Virus record (IMG/VR): IMGVR_UViG_3300036792_000274
Location: 1-52,059 of that record
DNA length: 52,059 nucleotides
Direction: 5' to 3' (one strand)
DNA from: a virus
Taxonomy: Duplodnaviria > Caudoviricetes
Shown here: piece by piece, positions 8,441-17,146 of the stretch
Layout: each line of letters opens with the position of its first letter
Numbering within the stretch: position 1 is the stretch's first letter
The notes under the pieces: generated by a model
Told to the model about the DNA's origin: nothing
Database searches by the model: none
What the model saw: only the letters and a program-made list of their open reading frames with translations
Translations under genes and position numbers: made by a program

Positions 8441-9150
8441 TCGGCGACCAGTTCGGCCCCACCGTCGACGGCGAAGCGGTCGAGCTCGCCCTGCTCGCGT
8501 TCCTCGAGCGGTGGATGCTCGACTACACCTGGGACGCCGTTCGCATCCGCGACCCCGACAAAACCATCTGGCCGGGAGGCGTCGGCGACCCGGCCAAACT
8601 CGGCGAGCCCGCGGTGCTGCCCGTGAAGGAATTCACGATCAAACACGCCGCGGAGGAGAAGTGGCCCGAAGACCAGCTGCCGATGCTGCTCGCCCACTCG
8701 CCCGGCTTCGCCAAACCGCCGGAACTGCGCGGGGACGGGACGATCGCCACGCACCACACGATCAACCTCGCCGCCATCGCCAGCGGGGTCGACATGGAGG
8801 ACTCCAAGCGCCTCGCCCGGGTCTACGGCTCGGCCGCGGCGAAGGCGATCATGCAGAAGCCCGACCTTGGCGGCTTCGCGATGGCGACCGACTGGCTCGA
8901 CCTCAAGAACTTCCCCGTCACCCGCGGCGTCGAAGCCGAGCGCTCGCTGATGGCGGTCACCAACGTCTTCGCGATCACCGTCGCGCAGGCGATGGTCGCC
9001 AGCGACGGACCCGAGGCGCCGAGCAAAGAACCCGACGAATCGCCGGGCCCCTGGCCGCAGGTGAAAGAAGACGGCGGCTCCGCGCGGGTGGAACCCGGCA
9101 AGAGCAAGGTCGACCTCCTCCGCGAAGGCGGCTTCTTCCCCGACGAATAG
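8437..9150 (+). CDS. Tail terminator/completion protein
   Basis: Synteny before sheath; GTGA overlap. Confidence 0.6.
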   Translation: MIGDQFGPTVDGEAVELALLAFLERWMLDYTWDAVRIRDPDKTIWPGGVGDPAKLGEPAVLPVKEFTIKHAAEEKWPEDQLPMLLAHSPGFAKPPELRGDGTIATHHTINLAAIASGVDMEDSKRLARVYGSAAAKAIMQKPDLGGFAMATDWLDLKNFPVTRGVEAERSLMAVTNVFAITVAQAMVASDGPEAPSKEPDESPGPWPQVKEDGGSARVEPGKSKVDLLREGGFFPDE

Positions 9151-9162
9151 CGGCCGCCGGGA

Positions 9163-9185
9163 GGGGTCGCGCCCCGTCCTAACAT
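9163..9185 (+). promoter_or_regulatory. Late-type promoter of sheath operon
   Basis: GGGGTCG-N10-TAACAT. Confidence 0.65.
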
Positions 9186-9192
9186 CGGTTCC

Positions 9193-9225
9193 GTGAAGCG
9201 ACGCGGCGACCGGACGGCAGGCTGA
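9193..9225 (+). CDS. Leaderless 10-codon uORF (MKRRGDRTAG) coupled to sheath
   Basis: GTG 8 nt after -10; TGA overlaps sheath ATG (TGATG). Confidence 0.45.
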   Translation: MKRRGDRTAG

Positions 9226-10685
9226 TGAGGGCTCCAGGCGAGGAAGTAGTTCTCGGCGAACGCCCCGCGGCGCGTACCGGCGCCCCGGCCGCCAGCGCAG
9301 GGTTCCTCCCGATCTTTACGGAAAAGGGCCCGACCGACGCGCCGACCTACTGCGTCTCGGTCGCCCACGCCGAAGTCGTCTACGGCGCGCGGCTCCAGAC
9401 CAACCCCGAGGGCTTCGACGCTCTCGACGCGGCCTTCCACGAGGGCCCCGGCATGGGGGTCTACGTGCAGCGGGTCGTCGGCGACGGCGCCGCGGCGGCG
9501 AGCAAAGTGCTGGTCGACGAAGAAGGCAAAACGGTGATGACGATCGACGCGATCAGCGTCGGCGAGTGGGGCAACAACCTCAAGGCGAAAGTCGTCAAAG
9601 AAGGCGCCGAATTCCGCATCATCGTCGAAACGGTCGCGGGCAAGGTGCTCGAGTCCTCGCCGCTGAAGGCCGACACGCCCGGGCTGCTCGCCTGGGCTGA
9701 GGCCGACGCGATCAACATCACGGCGGTCGCGGGCGAATCGGTCAAAGCGCCGAAAGTGCAGACGGTCCAGCTGGCCGGCGGGAAAGCCGAACTCGGCGCC
9801 GCCGACGCGCTCGCCCTCTCCGCGGCGCTCGACCTCTACGTCAAGGACTTCGGGCCCGGCCAGGTCGCGGCCCCCAACTTCGCCGGCGACGAAGCCGCGC
9901 AGCTGGCCGTCATGGTCCACTGCGGCCTCCGCAACCGCCGCGCGCTGCTCGACGACGAGATCACCGCCGACGCCGACGAACTGATCGCCGACGCGACCGC
10001 GCTCTCGGCCGCCGAAGGCCACGGGCCGCGCTTCGCCTGCCTCTTCGGCAGCTGGGCGATCATCCCGGGCCAGATCGGCTCGACCACCCGCACGGTGCCC
10101 TACTCGGGCGTCGCGATGGGCCTGATCGCCCGGGCGGAAGCCGAAGGCAACAACCCGAACAAGCCGGCGGCGGGCCGCAAGCGCGGCAAAACCCGCTGGG
10201 CGCTCGGCCTGGTCACCACCTTCACCGAGGAAGAGCGCGCCGAACTCGACGAGGCGGGCGTCACCTGCGCGATCCTCGCCAACGGCGTCCCCACCACGTT
10301 CGGCGACCGCACGCTGGTCAACGAAGAGACGGACCCCGACTGGCGCAGCTTCGCGGCAAGCCGGACGGTCATGTGGGTGTCCGAGCTCACCCGCCAGGTG
10401 CTCCAGGGCTTCGAGTTCGAAGACATCGACGGCCACGGCTACATCTTCAAGGAACTCGAAGGCGAAATCGGCGCCCGCGCGTGCAAGCCGCTCTACGACC
10501 AGGGCGCGCTCTACGGCGAAACGCCGCAGGAAGCCTTCGCCGTCAACACCGGCCCCGAGGTCAACACCCCGGCGTCGATCGAAGCCGACGAAATCAAGGC
10601 TCAGGTCGCGATCCGCACGTCGCCCAACGGCGGCTTCCTCTCGGCCGAAGTGGTCAAGGTCCCGATCTCGGAAAGCGTGGTCTGA
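9225..10685 (+). CDS. Tail sheath protein
   Basis: GEWGNNL, PYSG..MGLIAR, FGDRTL, GALYG...EAF.V....NTP motifs. Confidence 0.92.
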   Translation: MRAPGEEVVLGERPAARTGAPAASAGFLPIFTEKGPTDAPTYCVSVAHAEVVYGARLQTNPEGFDALDAAFHEGPGMGVYVQRVVGDGAAAASKVLVDEEGKTVMTIDAISVGEWGNNLKAKVVKEGAEFRIIVETVAGKVLESSPLKADTPGLLAWAEADAINITAVAGESVKAPKVQTVQLAGGKAELGAADALALSAALDLYVKDFGPGQVAAPNFAGDEAAQLAVMVHCGLRNRRALLDDEITADADELIADATALSAAEGHGPRFACLFGSWAIIPGQIGSTTRTVPYSGVAMGLIARAEAEGNNPNKPAAGRKRGKTRWALGLVTTFTEEERAELDEAGVTCAILANGVPTTFGDRTLVNEETDPDWRSFAASRTVMWVSELTRQVLQGFEFEDIDGHGYIFKELEGEIGARACKPLYDQGALYGETPQEAFAVNTGPEVNTPASIEADEIKAQVAIRTSPNGGFLSAEVVKVPISESVV

Positions 10686-11113
10686 TGTCCGGTTCGCGCG
10701 TCGATCAAGAGCGAGTGACGATCACCATCGTCGGGCTGGGCCTCGTCCTCAACCTGGGCGTGTTCGACACCTTCACGGGGGGCGCCAAGAAAGGCGAAAC
10801 CACCAAGCACCGTCCCGGCGGGATGGGTAAGCAGGTCAGCCTTGGGGGCCCGTCCACCCGGGACGACTTCACCACGTCGCGCCTCTACGACCTCGAACGC
10901 GATCACCCGTTCATGAAGCAGCTGGACGGGCTGGTCAACATCGGCGAGGTCACGGCCATCCGCCAGAAACTCAACACGGACAAGTCGCCCGCCGGCGAAC
11001 CGATCACCTACACCGGCACGATGAGCGGTTACGTGATGCCGGACCACGACTCCGACGCGAGCGACAAAGCAATGTTCGTGATCGAAGTCAGCGCCGACGA
11101 GGACATCTCCTAG
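10685..11113 (+). CDS. Tail tube protein
   Basis: 142 aa directly after sheath; TGATG overlap. Confidence 0.8.
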   Translation: MSGSRVDQERVTITIVGLGLVLNLGVFDTFTGGAKKGETTKHRPGGMGKQVSLGGPSTRDDFTTSRLYDLERDHPFMKQLDGLVNIGEVTAIRQKLNTDKSPAGEPITYTGTMSGYVMPDHDSDASDKAMFVIEVSADEDIS

Positions 11114-11175
11114 CCGCCGAGCTCCCCCGTAGGGTCCGGGTCGCAGTCACCCAGACCTGATCGAAGGGAGTAGAC

Positions 11176-11844
11176 GTGGAAGACCCTCAGAGCCCGCAGG
11201 ACGCCGCAGAAGGCGCCAGCGCGGCTTCACCCCCGCAGGAAGAGCCCGGAGCCGCCCCAGAGGGCGCGCAGGGCGCCGGAGACGGTGCGACGGCCGAGCC
11301 CGAGACGGCGGACGGCGGTTACCTGGCCGAGCCGGAGTCCGTCTTCGACGAGCTCGGCGAGCTCCAGGCCGAGGCGCGCCGGGACGATACGAAGGTGCTC
11401 GAGCTCCTGCCCGGGCGCTTCAAGGGGCGCCTCGCCGTGCGCGTGAAGCGGATCGACCCGAAGAAACGGCGCAAGAAGGCGAAAAAGATCGCCAAACGCG
11501 GGATCACGGACGAGGCCGAATTGCAGTACGCGGCCGAAATCGTCGCCGAGGCGACCGACGCGATCCTCTACCGCCCCAAGGACGACGACGCGCTGGTCGA
11601 GGCCCAGACGCTCTCGGAGTCGCTGGGGACCGAGCCGGTGCGCTTCGACCAGCGGCTCGGGAAGATGCTGAAAATGGAGGGCGTGCTCTCGGGCACCGAG
11701 TCGGCGGCCACGATCGTCCGGCTGGTGTTCAAGAACCCGGAAGCGCTCGACGCCTTCTACGCGGAACTGGACCTGTGGCTCCGCGAAGCCGCGCCCGACG
11801 ACGACGATGAGGACGAGGGAGCGCCGCAGGAGCGCCCTTCCTAG
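11176..11844 (+). CDS. Tail assembly chaperone
   Basis: Between tube and tape measure; GAAGGGAG SD. Confidence 0.7.
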   Translation: MEDPQSPQDAAEGASAASPPQEEPGAAPEGAQGAGDGATAEPETADGGYLAEPESVFDELGELQAEARRDDTKVLELLPGRFKGRLAVRVKRIDPKKRRKKAKKIAKRGITDEAELQYAAEIVAEATDAILYRPKDDDALVEAQTLSESLGTEPVRFDQRLGKMLKMEGVLSGTESAATIVRLVFKNPEALDAFYAELDLWLREAAPDDDDEDEGAPQERPS

Positions 11845-11873
11845 ACGCGCTGCGTGGCGAGCCGCTGGTCGAA

Positions 11874-12056
11874 ATGGCCGCGCTCGCCACGCTGGCCGGG
11901 GTCGCTCCCCAGTTCCTCGCCGCCCGCTGGCCCGATGAACGCGAGCGTTGGGAAGCGATCATCCTCGAGGCGCGCGAGGAGCGGCACAAGGAATTCGACG
12001 CCTTGGCCGTCAAGACGGCGAACAAGGTGATGGAGGGGCTCGACAAGTCCTTCTAG
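11874..12056 (+). CDS. Second tail chaperone segment, probably reached by -1 frameshift
   Basis: The -1 frame is open from 11811 and overlaps the end of the upstream ORF; no SD. Confidence 0.55.
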   Translation: MAALATLAGVAPQFLAARWPDERERWEAIILEAREERHKEFDALAVKTANKVMEGLDKSF

Positions 12057-12066
12057 CACAGCGGCA

Positions 12067-12089
12067 GGGGGCGCCCGCGACCGGAGAAT
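12067..12089 (+). promoter_or_regulatory. Late-type leaderless promoter of tape measure operon
   Basis: GGGGGCG-N10-GAGAAT, GTG 12096. Confidence 0.55.
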
Positions 12090-12095
12090 TGGTCC

Positions 12096-14705
12096 GTGGA
12101 CGCTGGACTTATCGCGATGCGGATGCGCCTCTCCGGCGGCTCGGAGGTCGCCGCCGAAGCCGAGAAGGCGACCGCCGCGGTCGAGGAGACGTCGGCGGCC
12201 ACCGACAAGGCCAATAAGAAGGTCGCCCGCTCCGGCTCGGCGATCTCCTCCAGCCTGTCGAAACAGATCAGCGGCCTCAAATCCATCGGCCGCAACCTCA
12301 CCAAGTACGTGACGGTGCCGCTCGCCGCGATGGCGATCGGCTCGGCGGTCAGCGCGGCGCACTTCGACCGCTCCATGAACCTGATCGCCACCGACGCCGG
12401 CGGCACGGTGAAGGAAGTCTCGCGCCTCAAGCCCGAGGTTCTGGACCTCGCCCGCAAAACGCAGTACACCGGGACCGAACTCGCCGACGCCCTCTTCCAC
12501 ATCGAGAGCGCGGGCTACCGCGGCGCGAACGCGATGAAGGTGCTGGCGACGGCGGCCGGGCTCGCCACCGCCGGCAACTCGGATCTCGAACGCACGACCT
12601 ACGGCCTGGTCAGCGCGCAGAAATCGCTCTACGGCGAAGGCAAAAACCTCCAGTCGGTCAGCCAGGTAAAACGCACCGCGGCGGAACTCAACGCGATCGT
12701 CTCCCACGGCGACATCCGCCTCGAAGAACTGGTCGCCGGCATGTCGTCGGGCCTGATCGAGAAAGCGCAGGAGGCGGGCGTGTCGCTGCGCTCGGTCGGC
12801 TCCGCGCTCGACGTGATGACCGCCCGCGGCATCCCCGCCCAGCGCGCCTCCTACGCGCTCGGCTTCATCTTCTCGAAGCTGGTCCCCTACACCGAACCGG
12901 CGGTCGAAGCGTTCGAAGAACTGGGGATTCAGCAGGAAAAACTCTCGAAAATCGCCAAGGGCCCGGGCGGCTGGCCGGCGATGATCGAATTCCTCTCGAA
13001 GAAAATGCAGGGGCTCACCAGCGGCCAGAAACAGATCGACCTCAGCCACATGTTCGGCGGCGGCCGGATGGACGTCGCGGTCCTCGCCTCGCTGCAAAAC
13101 ATGGGCGACCTGAACAAGAAATTTGAAGAGCTCAACCCCAACGTCGCCCTCTACAACAAGCACGTTAAGGAGGCCGAACAGCAGCCGTTGGTGCAGGCCA
13201 AAAACGCCTGGTCGTCGATCGACGCGAGCCTGATCGAACTCGGGCAGGTGATCCTCCCCGCCGCGATCCCGCTCATGCACAACGTCGCCGGGTTCGTCAC
13301 CGGGATCGCCCACGACTTCGCCCACCTGCCGCCGTCGACGCAACAGTGGGTCCTCAAGATCGCGCTGATCGCCGCGGTGCTCGGCCCGATCCTCCTCCTC
13401 GTCGCCAAGCTGCTCAAGGCGTGGAAGACGATCGCCGAGATGAATCTCTTCTCCGGCCTGGCGGGCGGCGTCGGCGAGCTCAAGGCGGCGTCGGAGCTCG
13501 CGGCGGGCGGCGAGCTCGGCGGCTTCTCCATGATGGGGAAAGCCGGGCGGCTCACCGCGGGCGCCGGGGTCGGCGTCGCGGCGCAGGTGGCCGGGCACGC
13601 GATCGGCGGCAAGGGAGGCTCGGTCGTCTCGGACATCGGCACGGGCGCCGGCGCGGGCTTCGCCTTCGGCGGCCCGATGGGCGCGGCGATCGGGGCGACC
13701 GGCGGCGCGATCATGGCCGCCCTGCCGGAGTGGGAGCAGCTGCTCGGCCTCACCAAGCAGCTGAGCCCGATGCAGCAGCGGGTCAAGTCCTCGAGCGAAG
13801 AACTGTCGGCCGCCCTCAGCCGCCAGAAGACGGCCGGGGAAGGGCTGACGTCGGCGAACCGCCGGCTCGACCACGCGCAGGCCAACCACAACGTCTCCCT
13901 CAAGAACGTCCACAAGGCCCAGCACGCCTTGAACGAAGCCGTGGCGCAGTACGGCGCCGACAGCCACCCGGCGATCCACGCCGAAGCGCGCCTGACCGAA
14001 GAGATCGGCGCCCACCGCCGCGCGCTGAAGCAGCTGGCGAACGCGGAAAAGCTGCACGGCGTCGCCCTCAGCGCCTACAAAACCGAAACCGACATGACGA
14101 TCCTCGCCGAGCGGCACCGGATCAACGTCTTGGAACAGCTGCGCGAACGGCAGGCAAATCTCTACCAGGAAGCGAAGGCCGCCAACCCGATCAGCCAGCG
14201 GACCCAGACGCTCGCCCACAACCTGCTCGGCACCGAAGGCAAGCTCGCCGAAGCGACCAAAAAACACGCCGAAACCCTGAGCGAAGCGGCCACCAAAGCG
14301 GGCCCGAAATATGCCAAGTTCCTCAACCACGCGACGCAGGAAGCCGTCCGGTTCGGCGGCGCGATGAAAGCGACCATGACCCGCGTGGAAGGGCTGACGC
14401 GCCACCTCGAAGCCCTCACCGAAACCGAATTCAACATGCCGACCGTCCAGCCGGGGAACCCGCTGAACCTGCACATCCCCGGCGTCACCGAACCGAAGGG
14501 CGGCGGCCACCGGCCCCACCACAAAAACACGGCGGCCGACTCCGGCGAAACGCACGGCTCCAAGGCGGTCGAAAAGCTGCTCGAGCGTCAGACCGGGCGG
14601 CGCGGCAAACTGCTCCCCGTGACGATCGCGCTCGACCCGCAGGGGCGGCGCCGACTGACCGAAGCCGTGGTCGAAGTGCAGGAAGACGAGGACGCCCGGA
14701 CGTGA
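12096..14705 (+). CDS. Tape measure protein
   Basis: 869 aa, helical Ala/Gly-rich; TP901-type core (LTKYVTVPL...FDRSM...ELADALF). Confidence 0.92.
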   Translation: MDAGLIAMRMRLSGGSEVAAEAEKATAAVEETSAATDKANKKVARSGSAISSSLSKQISGLKSIGRNLTKYVTVPLAAMAIGSAVSAAHFDRSMNLIATDAGGTVKEVSRLKPEVLDLARKTQYTGTELADALFHIESAGYRGANAMKVLATAAGLATAGNSDLERTTYGLVSAQKSLYGEGKNLQSVSQVKRTAAELNAIVSHGDIRLEELVAGMSSGLIEKAQEAGVSLRSVGSALDVMTARGIPAQRASYALGFIFSKLVPYTEPAVEAFEELGIQQEKLSKIAKGPGGWPAMIEFLSKKMQGLTSGQKQIDLSHMFGGGRMDVAVLASLQNMGDLNKKFEELNPNVALYNKHVKEAEQQPLVQAKNAWSSIDASLIELGQVILPAAIPLMHNVAGFVTGIAHDFAHLPPSTQQWVLKIALIAAVLGPILLLVAKLLKAWKTIAEMNLFSGLAGGVGELKAASELAAGGELGGFSMMGKAGRLTAGAGVGVAAQVAGHAIGGKGGSVVSDIGTGAGAGFAFGGPMGAAIGATGGAIMAALPEWEQLLGLTKQLSPMQQRVKSSSEELSAALSRQKTAGEGLTSANRRLDHAQANHNVSLKNVHKAQHALNEAVAQYGADSHPAIHAEARLTEEIGAHRRALKQLANAEKLHGVALSAYKTETDMTILAERHRINVLEQLRERQANLYQEAKAANPISQRTQTLAHNLLGTEGKLAEATKKHAETLSEAATKAGPKYAKFLNHATQEAVRFGGAMKATMTRVEGLTRHLEALTETEFNMPTVQPGNPLNLHIPGVTEPKGGGHRPHHKNTAADSGETHGSKAVEKLLERQTGRRGKLLPVTIALDPQGRRRLTEAVVEVQEDEDART

Positions 14706-15325
14706 GCAAGGAACGCCCCACCATCGAATTCAAAGGCAAGGGCTTCAAGCTCAAGATCCCGCTCGGCGACGGGCCGATCACGCCGACCGCCGGCGGCCCC
14801 GAAATCGAAGAGCTCAAACGGCCCGGGCGCCCGAACATCACCCGCAACGAAAACCAGGCGCTCCTACGGCTCGACGTGCCCGTCTTCTTCGACGGCCTGC
14901 CGAAGAACGAAGCCCAGAACGTCGCCGTCAAACGGGTCGTCGACCTGGCGATGGAGCTCCCGCTCCGCGACTTCACCGCGTTCGGCCCCTTCCTGTGGTC
15001 GGGCGGCCGGTTCGTCATGGACTGGCCCGAATGGGGCAAGCAGTGGTATCCGCGCCGCTACGAATTGATGCAGGCGGAATTGACCCTCAAACTGGTCGAG
15101 TTCAACGCGAGCGGCGACCTGAAGCCCCAGCGCGGCTCAGGCGGCCCGAAAAAGCACGGGCTGGAGACGGTGATCCTCTACAAGCCGATGAACCTGATCG
15201 AAATCGCCGCGCTCTACGAAGGCGACGCCGGCCGGGCCAAAGCGCTCGGCAAGGCCAACGGCATCCACGACATCAAAAAGAAGCTCCCGCAGGGCACCCA
15301 CATCAAGCTCCCGTCGACGGAATAA
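14702..15325 (+). CDS. Tail tube initiator/baseplate protein with C-terminal LysM-like domain
   Basis: NLIEIAALY.GD.....LGKANGI.....LPQGTHIKLP. Confidence 0.75.
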   Translation: MSKERPTIEFKGKGFKLKIPLGDGPITPTAGGPEIEELKRPGRPNITRNENQALLRLDVPVFFDGLPKNEAQNVAVKRVVDLAMELPLRDFTAFGPFLWSGGRFVMDWPEWGKQWYPRRYELMQAELTLKLVEFNASGDLKPQRGSGGPKKHGLETVILYKPMNLIEIAALYEGDAGRAKALGKANGIHDIKKKLPQGTHIKLPSTE

Positions 15326-17145
15326 TGGCGGCGACCGCCTCCAAGTCGAAGCCCACCCACGTCCCGCTGTTGCCGCGGGTCCAGGGCATCGACCACACGC
15401 TCGACGATCTCGTCTTCCGCTCCGGCAAGTTCAAGGACAAGATCGACCGCGACCTCCTCGAAGGGAAAGTCACGCGGTCGATGGGCGGCGCGACGCACCT
15501 GACCCTGGCGATCGACGACCACGACGCGAAGGTGCTCAACTCGGGGCTGCTCGAAGAATCCTTCCGCCTCCAGCTGGACGGGCTCGGGTTCGTCTACGTC
15601 GCCTACGAACACGAAACCGGCGCGCCCCTACAGCTGACCCTCGAAGCCGAAGTCGCCTGGCGCCTGAAGCAGCTCTTCGGCCCCTTCAAGGCGTTCCGCG
15701 ACGAAATGACGCGCGCGGAGGTCGCCAAGAGCCGCGTCATGCAGCTGAAGCCGCCGCGGCCGCGGTTCGTCTCCCCGGAACTGCACAAGCAGCAGCCGGT
15801 GAAATCCGACCGCGAAGCCCGGAAGAAGAAACAGGAATCGGCCGAAGAACGCGGCCACGGCCTCTCGAATCAGGCCAAGCTCACCTGCAAGGGGGAACAG
15901 GCCAACCAGGAGCAGCTTGAACTCGGCGACCTGGCGCTGCGCCTCGCCGAGAGCTACGAAGCGCCGCCGGTCGTGATGATCGCCCTGATCGCGGCCCTGA
16001 TCGCCGAAACCGACATGGGCGTCACGGGCGGCAACGTGCTCGGCGCCACCGACGTCCCCGTGGGCTCGGCGACCGAGGAGATCATCGGCTTCCTGACCGG
16101 GAAGAACTGGACGATCCCCGGCGGCGCGATCGGCGTGGCGAACCACAACCCGGGCATGGGCGCCGCCGAAATCGCGCAGGAAGTCCAGAAAGCGGGCATC
16201 CCGACGTTCGCCAGCTGGGTCGCCGAATCGCGCCAGTGGGTGTCGGAATTCGGCGGCGGGTCGATCTCGAGCAGCCGCCCGGAACGGTTCCCCTTCGCCC
16301 AGAAGAAGAAGGAATCGAATTGGAAGTTCTGCACCGAACTCGCGAAGCCGGTCAACTGGCGCTTCTTCGAGTCGGCGGGCTGGGTCTACTTCATCGCCGA
16401 ACCGGACCTGTTGGCGAGCGTCGTGCGGATGCACGTCACCGACTCGACGCCGGGCGTCCTCAACGTCAAGGTCAAAGGCGACGACGGCAAGAAAAAAGAC
16501 GAAGTCGAAGTCGAAGCGCTCGGCTCGACCTGGAGCGCGCCACCCGGCTCGGCGGTCGCCCTCGAGCGCCACGGGCCCGCGGACGGCATCTACCTCGTCG
16601 ACCGGATCGAAGCGCCGCTGGTCACCCAGCAGTCGATCATCACGATCCACCTGAAACGCCCGGGCAAACCGAAAAAGGAGCCGGCGCCGTCGACGAAGAC
16701 GGTCACCACCAAATTCGCGGGCGGCGGCAGCGACGAAAACGCGAACACCAACGCGCCCGAGGCCGTGCAGCGCATGGTCGAAGAGGTCGACGTCACCAAC
16801 GGCACCTTCCACTACCAATGGGGCGGCGGCCACGAATCCGTCGAAGCCCTCAAGAAGCGGCTCAAGGGCTACGACTGCTCGGGCTACGTCTCGCACATCC
16901 TCTGGGCGGGCGGCCTGCTCGACGAACCGATGTCCAGCGTGCCGTTGGAGTCGTTCGGCCTGCCGGGCGAGGGTGAATACTGCACGATCTACGCGAACGC
17001 CGAACACGCCTTCGGCAAACTGCTCACGCAGAGCGGCTGGCGCTACTTCGAGTCGGGCGGCCAGGCCAACGCGACCGGGTGGGTCGCGAGCGGCCAGGAG
17101 GACCCGCTCGGCGGCTACGTCGCGCGCCACCCGCAGGGGATGTGA
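15325..17145 (+). CDS. Baseplate hub with lysozyme-like insert and C-terminal NlpC/P60-type peptidase
   Basis: Synteny; YQWGGGH...GYDCSGYVS...H motif; ALIAETDM...AEIAQEVQ insert. Confidence 0.75.
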   Translation: MAATASKSKPTHVPLLPRVQGIDHTLDDLVFRSGKFKDKIDRDLLEGKVTRSMGGATHLTLAIDDHDAKVLNSGLLEESFRLQLDGLGFVYVAYEHETGAPLQLTLEAEVAWRLKQLFGPFKAFRDEMTRAEVAKSRVMQLKPPRPRFVSPELHKQQPVKSDREARKKKQESAEERGHGLSNQAKLTCKGEQANQEQLELGDLALRLAESYEAPPVVMIALIAALIAETDMGVTGGNVLGATDVPVGSATEEIIGFLTGKNWTIPGGAIGVANHNPGMGAAEIAQEVQKAGIPTFASWVAESRQWVSEFGGGSISSSRPERFPFAQKKKESNWKFCTELAKPVNWRFFESAGWVYFIAEPDLLASVVRMHVTDSTPGVLNVKVKGDDGKKKDEVEVEALGSTWSAPPGSAVALERHGPADGIYLVDRIEAPLVTQQSIITIHLKRPGKPKKEPAPSTKTVTTKFAGGGSDENANTNAPEAVQRMVEEVDVTNGTFHYQWGGGHESVEALKKRLKGYDCSGYVSHILWAGGLLDEPMSSVPLESFGLPGEGEYCTIYANAEHAFGKLLTQSGWRYFESGGQANATGWVASGQEDPLGGYVARHPQGM

Positions 17146-17146
17146 G

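Noticed and set aside
11841-14555. Long antisense and alternate-frame ORFs (e.g. 11841-14555, 8823-10436, 15628-17217, 293-1690)
   Set aside because: Shadow ORFs expected in high-GC DNA; they overlap well-supported genes and lack motifs
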